The translations under genes were made by a program, and so were the position numbers. This document shows positions 9,201 through 16,354 of a DNA stretch of 32,315 nt, piece by piece (the first letter of the stretch is position 1; every line of letters begins with the position of its first letter). The notes under the pieces are model-generated. The model was not told where the DNA came from. It searched no databases and saw only the letters and a program-made list of their open reading frames with translations. The DNA comes from a virus. Its lineage: Duplodnaviria > Caudoviricetes. The DNA is taken from positions 1 to 32,315 of the IMG/VR virus record IMGVR_UViG_3300037590_000072. One strand, given 5' to 3'.

Positions 9201-9306
9201 TATATTTGTCTACCCATACAGTAGCAGGTAAATTTTCACCATTAAAATATTCTTCTGTAGCTTTTAATGATTCTTCGTAGGTTATGGGAGTTAATTCTGT
9301 ATTCAT
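6160..9306 (-). CDS. nrdJ: Adenosylcobalamin-dependent (class II) ribonucleotide reductase, intein-containing
   Basis: SLSNCFV, RRGGVG, RRGARM, TNP[intein]CGE active site, TIAPVGS, IDHSIS, KGATIY, C-terminal CxxC...CxxC. No N-terminal ATP cone evident and no R2 gene nearby. Confidence 0.92.
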   Translation of the reverse strand: MNTELTPITYEESLKATEEYFNGENLPATVWVDKYNLKDSEGNLYETTPDDTHWRLATEFERIDAKYKNPMLAAEYYDLMKDFKHLIPQGSPMAGIGNNLQIVSLSNCFVIGNEGPQDSYGAVLKIDEEQIQLMKRRGGVGSDLSNIRPAESPVKNSALTSTGIVPFMERYSNSTREVAQAGRRGARMLSIFVHHPESENFIDAKMEQGKVTGANISVKLTDDFMEIVDRTTDKDVERFLELENIILEKYQEKKIPKKIENEFSKLIDKICFTQYYDHIDGTRQTQSIVAKALWDKIMHNAWKSAEPGVLFWDKITSESLAEHYPGFNNISTNPCLTPDTLVTTKDGKVSLISILNDLKENKTVNVLTLNEKTNVLEYKKVQNAFKTKSKEEIEYLLEIETEDSTFQCTPNHKILVTHEDKRSWKSAESLKLYHTLIFHDGNKKIESHIKKITKVEPENVYDLTVEDNHNFFANNILVHNCGELPLPDGDSCRLSVINLYSYVQNKFTDEAYFDFELFKKHSHIHQRIMDNIVDLELEKIDQILAKIEADPESEEIKYREYNLWKRLREKCEQGRRTGSGVTGEGDMLAAMGLKYGTPEATEFAEEVHKVYAIEILRSSVQLAKERGHFPIFDLKYEQNNPFIERIEKEDSDLIKDMRKYGRRNIGLLTIAPVGSISILTQTTSGVECAFMINYTRRRKINPSDKNTRVDFVDEVGDSWQNYNVFHKAFIDWFEANQRNLRSEIDNIEQEEIEEKYTWNECKSYLENLEKEKVQSLIEKSPYYGATSNDVNWVEKVKMQGAIQKWIDHSISVTTNLPKDTPESVVHDVYMTAWKAGCKGATIYVDGSRSGVLVTEEDKKETEIENYFKENHAPRRPKVLEADVHNFTNKGEKWVAFIGKLEDKPYEIFTGPAEEFQIPSSIEVGEITRSKDKDGESVYNFCYEKDGEKICAGDLKKSFDSQFSDVSRMVSALLRHGMPMFYIVNLLGTLNLDGDLITTWKKGAIRILKKYIKEDYDIKGATCQNCGSTNIAMIEGCMTCQDCYSSRCS
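7867..8304 (-). mobile_element. Mini-intein (146 aa) at the RNR active-site NP/CGE position
   Basis: Starts CLTPDT (block A), has TPNHKIL (block B), ends VYDLTVEDNHNFFANNILVHN followed by Cys+1. Too short to hold a LAGLIDADG domain. Confidence 0.95.
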
Positions 9307-9344
9307 ATAAAGTTAAATAAGTTTGTATTTTTTAAATGTGGATT

Positions 9345-9353
9345 TTATATATT
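9345..9353 (-). promoter_or_regulatory. Putative late-type promoter motif upstream of RNR
   Basis: AATATATAA on the minus strand between polB and nrdJ. Confidence 0.45.
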
Positions 9354-9354
9354 T

Positions 9355-10803
9355 TTAAACTGCTAATCCTCTTTTAGCAAGTTCGTCTTTTATTTTTTTA
9401 ATTGGTTCTAATAATTTTTTACCTTCACCTTGTATTCTTTTTCTTTCAGAATAATAGTTATCTAATAATTCTTTTACGATTGAAGGCTCTCTGGAGAAGC
9501 TTGTATTCCATACACTATTAAATGATTTTTCAGTTACTTCATTTGGTAGTTCATCTGTTAAACCTAAATAAACATCTGGAGATAAACCAAACATTCTCAT
9601 TATAGTAGGATAAAGAGAAGCAAAATCGGATCCAGCTAAAACTTTAAATAAATCTTTATCTGGTTCTTTTACGTATCCACCCTTTATTTTATCTCCAAAT
9701 TTGTCAATTAGTTTATTATTTTCATGTTCAAATGGATTATATCCTTTTACAAGAACTTGGTTTTTTTCATAAAATTTTCTACATAAAACAGCTTCTGTAA
9801 ATCTTACTGGAGATTTTGCATTTCTTGTTTCAATTGAACCTAACTGTGCTAATTTACACATAGTTAGAAAGGTTTTCTTTTTCTTATCTATTAAATAAAC
9901 TAGAATAACATCAACTATATTATAATAAACATATTTTTTAAAATTTGCTTCAAACATATCTTGTAAAGATTCTGAATGAGGTACTTTCTTTTTCTTGGTA
10001 ATAGTTTCAGCAACATGATCAAGAGTAAAGTTTTCTAACTCTTTATGCATATTGCCCCATTTTTTGAAAATGTCCAAATAGTCAATCACTAGTTTATGTT
10101 TAGGAACATTTTCTCTAAAAGTTAATTTTCCATCTTCTGAACAAATTGCAGGATTTATTCCTAATCTTTCAGCTCTAGCAGTTAAATAATTCCAGTCAAA
10201 GTTAATAAAGTTCCATCCTGTTACCACCATAGCTTCTCTAAAAATAGTTCCAAAAATATGACTCATCATATCAAATTCATTTGAAAAATATTGATACTCA
10301 AATCTTATTCCTTCTGGAAAAAAGTCTTTAAAGTATTCATTTAAATCATCTTCTATTTCTTCTATTTGTTTTCCGGGAAGTTCTTTGATTCCTAATACCC
10401 TTGCTACCTGTTCATCGCTATCAAAAAATCCTACTACAGTTACTTGCTCTTTAGGATTTTTATAATCTGGAAATCCATCAATTACTTCTGTCTCAATATC
10501 ACAAAACAAAATACTAGGAGAATTAAACTCAAATATCTTTTCTTTTGTTTCATCATCTAAATTAGATAATACTTCTTGTATTCTATAATCATTTAATCTC
10601 CATGAATCATGCTTATAAACAGGTTTATTTTCATGCCAACATGTATAAGTTGGATCTGGGATCTGTCCAGGTTTAGCAGGAACTAAAGACCATTCATATA
10701 ACTGATTTTGAGGAAGACTAATATTCAACCATTCTAATTTCTTATTCGGCCCTACTTTAGAAATTTTCATCTTTCTTCCATATTGCTCTATATCTAATAA
10801 CAT
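9355..10803 (-). CDS. Family B DNA polymerase, N-terminal subunit (3'-5' exonuclease plus motif A); split gene
   Basis: ExoI DIETE, ExoII GWNFINFD, ExoIII YNIVD, GGYV and motif A DFASLYP. Stops (TAA) in the fingers helix; motifs B (KxxxNSxYG) and C (YxDTDS) are absent. Confidence 0.9.
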   Translation of the reverse strand: MLLDIEQYGRKMKISKVGPNKKLEWLNISLPQNQLYEWSLVPAKPGQIPDPTYTCWHENKPVYKHDSWRLNDYRIQEVLSNLDDETKEKIFEFNSPSILFCDIETEVIDGFPDYKNPKEQVTVVGFFDSDEQVARVLGIKELPGKQIEEIEDDLNEYFKDFFPEGIRFEYQYFSNEFDMMSHIFGTIFREAMVVTGWNFINFDWNYLTARAERLGINPAICSEDGKLTFRENVPKHKLVIDYLDIFKKWGNMHKELENFTLDHVAETITKKKKVPHSESLQDMFEANFKKYVYYNIVDVILVYLIDKKKKTFLTMCKLAQLGSIETRNAKSPVRFTEAVLCRKFYEKNQVLVKGYNPFEHENNKLIDKFGDKIKGGYVKEPDKDLFKVLAGSDFASLYPTIMRMFGLSPDVYLGLTDELPNEVTEKSFNSVWNTSFSREPSIVKELLDNYYSERKRIQGEGKKLLEPIKKIKDELAKRGLAV

Positions 10804-10852
10804 TGTGTACCTTATTTTTAATTTTAAAACTATTCTATTTAGTGTTTCTATA

Positions 10853-10922
10853 TGCCTCAGAGGTGTTCTATTTTTAAGATATATGTAACTATGTATTTAT
10901 AGTTAAAACATCTCTGGGTGCT
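10853..10922. repeat. Intergenic palindromic element (copy 1)
   Basis: CTCAGAGGTGTT ... AACATCTCTGGG arms enclose an inner TAACTAT/ATAGTTA hairpin; related to 14000-14110. Confidence 0.55.
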
Positions 10923-10923
10923 T

Positions 10924-11367
10924 CTACGATGTTCCAGTAGAACCAAAACCACCTTCTCCTCTTTCTGATTCCATATTTTCAAATAATTCTTCTTCTGAGG
11001 AAACTTCTTCTGGTATAATATAGTTTTGTTTTTCTAAAAGGAATTGAACTATTTTATCTCCAGCTTGGAGCATTTGATCTTCTGTTCCTACATTATGTAA
11101 ATTGATATGAATTTCGCCCATGTAATCCCAATCTACAACTGCCGCCCCCACAAGTAATTGTTTTTTAGAAGCTATACCTGATTTGTTATTTGCTACAAGA
11201 GCGTAACCTTCAGGAAGCCTAACTTTGATTCCGGCTGGAATTAGAATAGAATGATTGGGTTGAAGGTATACGGTTTCAAAATCATCTGGAATAAAAAAAT
11301 CAATTCCTGCTGATTGCGGAGTTCCTCTTAGAGGAGATTTTACTTTTCTTGTTTTATAAAATTTCAT
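10924..11367 (-). CDS. dut: Trimeric dUTPase
   Basis: Motifs SAGIDF, NKSG, AVVDWDYMGEI, GDKIVQ and RGEGGFGSTG. Confidence 0.96.
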   Translation of the reverse strand: MKFYKTRKVKSPLRGTPQSAGIDFFIPDDFETVYLQPNHSILIPAGIKVRLPEGYALVANNKSGIASKKQLLVGAAVVDWDYMGEIHINLHNVGTEDQMLQAGDKIVQFLLEKQNYIIPEEVSSEEELFENMESERGEGGFGSTGTS

Positions 11368-11408
11368 AATTACAAAGTTCCGTTTAGTTGTAAAAATATT
11401 TAGTTGAT

Positions 11409-11434
11409 TGTATCGCCAAAAAGTAAAAAAGTTT
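11409..11434 (-). promoter_or_regulatory. Putative early/middle promoter AAAC-N16-GATACA
   Basis: Upstream of the dut-polB-nrdJ cluster; same spacing as the element upstream of the clamp loader. Confidence 0.5.
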
Positions 11435-11505
11435 CCAAGAAAAGATAAAAAACTTTTTTGACTTTAATAAGTAATATGTAAATATACTTTTGACAAGAAG
11501 TTGAA

Positions 11506-11514
11506 AATATATAA
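11506..11514 (+). promoter_or_regulatory. Putative late-promoter motif with no downstream ORF
   Basis: AATATATAA points into the structured non-coding region. Confidence 0.45.
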
Positions 11515-11519
11515 ATGTG

Positions 11520-12181
11520 TTTTTAAATAGATTCTTTTCTAAACTGGAGAATTTATTTAGAAATCAGGTTCTTGAAAAAGAATAACAGATGTCATCTATA
11601 CATCTTACATAAAGGGGTTAATGTTGTTTCACCTTTAAATCTAAAGAGGGTTTAAAAACGAAAGATTATTGTTCTTAAAGACATCACTGATCATGTGTTA
11701 AATTCCAGGCTCTGTTGGCGAACACCCTGGCTCCAGTTTCGAAAATAAATGCACGGGTCATATTCATCGTTATATGCAAGGATTAGTTTTTTGATATTGA
11801 CATTTGTCAATGGATAAAATATTATAAGTAGAGAAACCTTTAATTAATGATTACTCCTAATTATAGTAACAGCGATAAAGTCGAATTTTATATTCAACTA
11901 GTTTTTAATTGCTACTTATATTGTGTAACCTTCTACGGAAGATTTCATGCTAAGACCCCAAGGACGTGCGGATTTAAGAGCAAAAAATGAATCGATCTTC
12001 ATTACGTAAAGATTCATTTTTACTGAAGTAATATATTATACGAGTAGAAGAAAATAAGTATTAATGTATTTGAATTAGTATATTGTAATGTAGTTTAGAA
12101 TTACAATTTATAATTAGATATTAATCCTATTGCCTCAATACCTGAATACTTTAATTCTATTTTTTTTTTTTTTTTTTTTTT
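11520..12181 (+). ncRNA. Candidate large structured non-coding RNA (family unassigned)
   Basis: No ORF in the track. GAAA tetraloop hairpin 11568-11583; 9-bp long-range pair 11541-11549/11731-11739; CCAGG/CCTGG stem 11705-11730; cUACGg hairpin 11930-11941; 11-bp stem 11983-12021; further stems to 12151, then T22. Confidence 0.45.
12160..12181 (+). repeat. T22 homopolymer
   Basis: 22 consecutive T. Confidence 0.9.
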
Positions 12182-12330
12182 CAAAACCTTAATATTTTAA
12201 GACTAGAAACTAAAAAATTAAATAAAATAAAAATTTAAAATAAAGTTAAATCTTATACTCTCTATATTACTAAGGTAAACGCCTCTATGCCCTCGGCCCG
12301 GGAATCCATGCGGAGAGTACATACTTTATC

Positions 12331-12409
12331 TGTTACAGTGTTACAACTTAAGAGTACCTTAATAAAACTTAAAATTTCTAATCTGTTACAAAATGTTACA
12401 AGTGTTACT
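12331..12409 (+). repeat. Five TGTTAC(A/T) direct repeats
   Basis: Copies start at 12331, 12339, 12384, 12394 and 12403. Confidence 0.8.
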
Positions 12410-12429
12410 TTTTCTAGATTTGAATCGTA

Positions 12430-12438
12430 AATATATAG
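12430..12438 (+). promoter_or_regulatory. Putative late-promoter motif
   Basis: AATATATAG 23 nt upstream of the ATG at 12462. Confidence 0.55.
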
Positions 12439-12461
12439 TCTATAACATTAAAATCAAGAAA

Positions 12462-13310
12462 ATGAAATCTAGATATTTAAATTTTAAAAAGTTTATAAAT
12501 GAAGATCGAAGAGAAGAATATTTCGAATACGATCCTAAGGTTATTAAAAAGACTGGAGAGGTTACTCGAATTACCGCAATTGAAAGAGAGGATATTGAAA
12601 GTATTCCTGAAGGTCAAACTATATTAAAGAAGATTGAAGATCTTACTAAAAGTTTAAAAAAGAACGAAAGGAAACTTCTTGAATATAAAAACAAATATGA
12701 TTCTGCTGAAGGAGAAATGAGAAAAATGTTTGAACAAGTATTTGATTCTATGGATGATTCTGTTACAAGATACATTCAAACAAAAAGTGTTACTGTTTCT
12801 CTATCAAAAGTAAGAAAGGGAAGTGTAACTATAGATTATAAAAAAGCAGTTGAGATGCTGAAAGAATTATTAGATGACTCTCAAGAGATGCAAGATAAAA
12901 TTTCTGCTGCTATTGAAGAAGCTAAATACGTTTCAATTGATTATGAGAAAGCATTTAATACTTTAAAAGATGATCCAGATATTAAAAAGAAAGAGAAAGA
13001 AGTGATAGATAAATCTTTAGAAAAAAATACTAAAATAGGAAGACCTGGAAAAGCTAAATATAATACTATAAAAGATGGTCCTATTAGTAAGAGAGAAATT
13101 CCTGGAGCATTAGATGGTGAAGAAGATTCTGTTGATACTATGGACGATGAAAGAGTATCTGAAGGATTATTTAAAGATGCAGCAAATTGGACAAAAAATA
13201 GAGTTTCAAATTTATTCTCTAAATTTAAATCTTTAATGAAATCTATAAAAGATAACATGATTGATATTGATAGAAAATTAAATAAACTTGAATCTTTAAT
13301 TTCTGAATAA
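12462..13310 (+). CDS. Coiled-coil-rich hypothetical protein with capsid-targeting-like N-terminus
   Basis: Probable start MKSRYLNFKKFINE downstream of the promoter motif; highly charged and helical; internal IDYKKA/IDYEKA duplication. Confidence 0.7.
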   Translation: MKSRYLNFKKFINEDRREEYFEYDPKVIKKTGEVTRITAIEREDIESIPEGQTILKKIEDLTKSLKKNERKLLEYKNKYDSAEGEMRKMFEQVFDSMDDSVTRYIQTKSVTVSLSKVRKGSVTIDYKKAVEMLKELLDDSQEMQDKISAAIEEAKYVSIDYEKAFNTLKDDPDIKKKEKEVIDKSLEKNTKIGRPGKAKYNTIKDGPISKREIPGALDGEEDSVDTMDDERVSEGLFKDAANWTKNRVSNLFSKFKSLMKSIKDNMIDIDRKLNKLESLISE

Positions 13311-13335
13311 AAAGAAAAATAAATAATTTTATTAT

Positions 13336-13366
13336 AAAGGAATCTTTTAAGTAAGGTTCCTTTTTT
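13336..13366. terminator. Intrinsic terminator between convergent genes
   Basis: AAAGGAATCTT-ttaagt-AAGGTTCCTTT hairpin followed by a T run. Confidence 0.75.
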
Positions 13367-13937
13367 ATTTTAAAGTAAAAATATCTTCTTCATCTACAAA
13401 GTCAAATGATATGTCGTTGTATTTAAAAGATAAAGAAAAAGAATTTGGCTGATTTCTAACTCCTGCATAATCAAAATCTAAAGCATCAGTAAAACCTTCA
13501 TATAAAATTTGATAGAAGGTTACTTTATACATTCTTTGATGTTGTTGATTTAAAATATTTACAGAAAATTCTGGGATTGTAACAGTATCACTTTCATAAC
13601 CATGAAAACTGTAAAAACATTCCATAAGAGCAAAATAATTTAAATATCCTTCTATGTGCTTAAATTGAATTTTAAAACTTCTATCAATTTGTCTTAAAGC
13701 ATCTTTACCTTTTTTCCAGATAGGACCTAATTTAGTTTGAGTTTCCTGTGGTCTAGATAATTCAACATTAAAAGCAGGAATAGTTATTTTCTGAATAGTG
13801 TGAGTTATAAATTCAGGGAACCTTTTAAATGAAGTAGGATATTGTCTTAAATATCTTTCATACTTTTCTTGTATATCTTCAGGAAAAAAATCTTTATGAA
13901 ACCTTGCATAATATAAACTATTATTCGAATTTAACAT
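13365..13937 (-). CDS. Tail-tube-fold protein (T4 gp3/gp19-like tail completion or tube-related)
   Basis: IQKITIP...FKIQF...VNILN...KVTFY...LDFDY...FSLSFKYN pattern and ~190 aa size typical of the tail-tube superfamily; late motif upstream. Confidence 0.5.
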   Translation of the reverse strand: MLNSNNSLYYARFHKDFFPEDIQEKYERYLRQYPTSFKRFPEFITHTIQKITIPAFNVELSRPQETQTKLGPIWKKGKDALRQIDRSFKIQFKHIEGYLNYFALMECFYSFHGYESDTVTIPEFSVNILNQQHQRMYKVTFYQILYEGFTDALDFDYAGVRNQPNSFSLSFKYNDISFDFVDEEDIFTLK

Positions 13938-13963
13938 TGTTATCTTAAAAAATATTTTAAAAA

Positions 13964-13972
13964 TTATATATT
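13964..13972 (-). promoter_or_regulatory. Putative late-promoter motif
   Basis: AATATATAA on the minus strand upstream of 13937. Confidence 0.5.
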
Positions 13973-13987
13973 CTTTCTTTAATAATA

Positions 13988-14110
13988 CTATTCTGAAAGG
14001 AATAGAAGCATCAGGTTTAATTTTCTATTTTAGATATAGTTGCAATCATATAGATATTACTAACACCTCTGGGTGTAACTCTGTGATAGAAATATTATTC
14101 TGTAATATCT
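13988..14110. repeat. Structured intergenic element (copy 2)
   Basis: CTATTC..GAATAG hairpin; TAGATATTAC/GTAATATCTA stem enclosing ACACCTCTGGGTGT; shares TTCTATTTT..GATATA and AACAYCTCTGGGTG with 10853-10922. Confidence 0.5.
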
Positions 14111-14152
14111 AACTAAAAATAAATATTTATGAAATATTTTGAATAAAAAAGT

Positions 14153-14178
14153 AAACTTTTTGTTTTTTGTAGGATATA
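14153..14178 (+). promoter_or_regulatory. Putative early/middle promoter AAAC-N16-GATATA
   Basis: Upstream of the clamp-loader operon; T-rich 16-nt spacer as in 11409-11434. Confidence 0.5.
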
Positions 14179-14214
14179 GTTATTTAAATTATTAACTAAA
14201 ACGAGAATGTAATA

Positions 14215-15183
14215 ATGCCAGAGTTTGGAATATTTACAGAAACTTTTAGACCTTTAACATTAGAAGAATTGGTTCTTCCTAAAAGAATAAAAGATATTTT
14301 TGAAAAAGGAGAAGAATTAAATCAAAATTATTTATTTTATTCTAGTGCTCCAGGTTCAGGAAAAACTACATTAACTAGAATATTATCTGAAAAATATGAT
14401 ACTTTGTATTTGAATATTTCAGATGAGTCAGGGGTTGATATTATAAGAACTAAAATTAAAAATCATTGTACAAATTCTTCTATTTTACAAGGAGATTATA
14501 GACAAAAGGTTATTATTTTAGATGAGGTAGAAGGTGCTTCTGATTCTTTCTTTAATGCTTTAAGAGGAGTAATAGAGCAATTTGCAGAAGATGTTAGATT
14601 TTTAGCAACTACAAATCATATTAATAAGATTCCTATACCTATTCAATCTAGATTTTTTACTGTTTGTTTTGAGGCTGACAGTGATTCAGAAGAAAAAGAA
14701 ATTTTATTAGGTTTAATTAAAAGAACTGCTTATATTGCAAAAACGGTCGGTATTTCTTTTGAAGATAAAAATGTTCTTATAAATTTTGTTAAGTTGAATT
14801 ATCCTGATATGAGAAAAATTATCAGTAAAATTCAAGCCTTTCATGATTCAGGAAAAACAAAATTAACAGAAGAAGATATTTTAAAATCAACTTATATGTT
14901 CACTGATTTATTTACATTATGTGTATCTAAACCTAATCCAAATAAAAACTATTCTGAAATAGTAGAAGCATATAAAGGAAAAGTAGATGATGTTATTTAT
15001 TCATTAGGAACAGAATTTCCTAAATGGTTAATTGAAAATAATCATGCAAATTCTTTAGAACTTATGGATGTAGTAAGAATAGTAAATGAAACGTCTTCTC
15101 AAAGAAAATTAGTAATAGATGAAGTTTTAAATTTAATTGATTGTGTCTTTAAACTTCAAATGATATTTAATAAGAAAGGATAA
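14215..15183 (+). CDS. Clamp loader AAA+ subunit (T4 gp44 / RFC small subunit-like)
   Basis: ETFRPLTLEE, Walker A PGSGKTT, LNISDE.G, Walker B IILDEVE, IQSRF (SRC-like), PDMR. Confidence 0.9.
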   Translation: MPEFGIFTETFRPLTLEELVLPKRIKDIFEKGEELNQNYLFYSSAPGSGKTTLTRILSEKYDTLYLNISDESGVDIIRTKIKNHCTNSSILQGDYRQKVIILDEVEGASDSFFNALRGVIEQFAEDVRFLATTNHINKIPIPIQSRFFTVCFEADSDSEEKEILLGLIKRTAYIAKTVGISFEDKNVLINFVKLNYPDMRKIISKIQAFHDSGKTKLTEEDILKSTYMFTDLFTLCVSKPNPNKNYSEIVEAYKGKVDDVIYSLGTEFPKWLIENNHANSLELMDVVRIVNETSSQRKLVIDEVLNLIDCVFKLQMIFNKKG

Positions 15184-15184
15184 A

Positions 15185-16045
15185 ATGGAAAAAGAAACTA
15201 AAAAACCAGAAGATTTAAAAGTAAAAAAAGAAACTATTCCAATACCAAAAGATCCCAAAGAGTTTGAAGAAATTTTTGGATTTAACCCTACAGAAGTAGA
15301 AGTATTGATAGCGACTCCTTGTTATGGAGGTTTATTGTATAATAGTTATTTAACTTCATTAATTAGTACAATGAAATTATTAAGTAATTGTGGAATTAAA
15401 TGCGGAGTTAAAACAATAGCAAATGAATCGTTAATAACAAGAGCAAGAAATACTATAGTTTCTTATTTTTTAACTCAAGAAGAATATACACATTTACTTT
15501 TTATAGATGCTGATATTTCATGGAACCCTTCTGCTGTACTTAGATTATTAGGAGCAAAGAAACCTGTTGTTTCTGGAATATATCCTAAAAAAGCATATAA
15601 TTGGAAGAAAATGGAAAATTTAGTTTCTGTTGATAAAGAATGGAAAGAAATTAATATTTCTAGATCGTTAGATTATGCTGTAAATTTTAATGATCCTAAA
15701 TTAGAAATTACTAATGGAAGAGTAGAAGCAAAAGACGTTCCTACTGGATTTATGCTAATTGAAAGAAATACAATTGAAGTATTAAAAGAAAAATTCCCAG
15801 AACTAAAATATAAAAACAATCTTCATAACTTAATTCCTCCACATCATGATCCTGATACTTTTTGGTTATTTTTTGATTGTATTAAGGACGAAGAAACAGA
15901 TGTTTATCTAAGTGAAGATTACGCTTTTTGTAGAAGGGTTCAACAAGCAGGACTTTCATGTTGGGCTGATTTAACTATAGATTTAAATCATACAGGAACT
16001 CATACATTTGAAGGATCTTTTAGTCACTCATTATTCGGGAAATAA
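15185..16045 (+). CDS. GT-A fold glycosyltransferase
   Basis: IATPCYGG, ESLITRARN, LLFIDADI (DxD), TGFMLI, LSEDYAFC, LNHTG. Confidence 0.8.
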   Translation: MEKETKKPEDLKVKKETIPIPKDPKEFEEIFGFNPTEVEVLIATPCYGGLLYNSYLTSLISTMKLLSNCGIKCGVKTIANESLITRARNTIVSYFLTQEEYTHLLFIDADISWNPSAVLRLLGAKKPVVSGIYPKKAYNWKKMENLVSVDKEWKEINISRSLDYAVNFNDPKLEITNGRVEAKDVPTGFMLIERNTIEVLKEKFPELKYKNNLHNLIPPHHDPDTFWLFFDCIKDEETDVYLSEDYAFCRRVQQAGLSCWADLTIDLNHTGTHTFEGSFSHSLFGK

Positions 16046-16047
16046 AC

Positions 16048-16350
16048 ATGAATGATAAAGATAAAAAATTACAAGAGAGAATATTATCTACCGAAGTTTT
16101 ATTTGAAGATCCATTTTCAATTTTTAGTAGATTTATAGTTAGAATAAAAGGGTTAGTTCAAGATGCTCCTATTGGAATAGGATGTGTCTTTTCAAATTCT
16201 AAAGTTGTTTTATACCAGCCCCATGCTGATATATTGGCTACGTATCCAAGTTTAGAATTGTTTCGAGCAGAGTTCGGAGAAGAATTTGGATATGAAGTTA
16301 CCTTTTTAGATAAATCTGTTTCGCAAATAAATAATAAAAACATTCAATAA
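16048..16350 (+). CDS. Hypothetical protein
   Basis: Tightly packed in the operon; phage-like composition. Confidence 0.7.
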   Translation: MNDKDKKLQERILSTEVLFEDPFSIFSRFIVRIKGLVQDAPIGIGCVFSNSKVVLYQPHADILATYPSLELFRAEFGEEFGYEVTFLDKSVSQINNKNIQ

Positions 16351-16354
16351 CATT

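Noticed and set aside
9307-9357. Stop-codon recoding, frameshift or intron restoring a full-length polymerase
   Set aside because: The stop is TAA, nrdJ begins 48 nt later and no motif B/C sequence follows. TAG and TGA end other genes normally (dut, GT25, ligase), so there is no sign of an alternative code.
11490-11515. Sigma-70 promoter TTGACA...TATAAA
   Set aside because: The spacer is only 14 nt; the site is better explained by the recurring AATATATAA motif.
11520-12361. tRNA, tmRNA, RNase P RNA or group I intron identity for the structured region
   Set aside because: I saw no cloverleaf or T-loop with acceptor stem, no tmRNA-type termini and no recognisable RNase P or group I core; no interrupted gene flanks it.
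12331-12409. CRISPR array or DnaA boxes
   Set aside because: Repeats are only 6-7 nt with irregular short spacing, and they do not match TTATCCACA.
12393-12461. ORF-track start at 12393 for the 305-aa protein
   Set aside because: The extension overlaps the TGTTAC repeats and the promoter motif; the ATG at 12462 gives the conserved leader.
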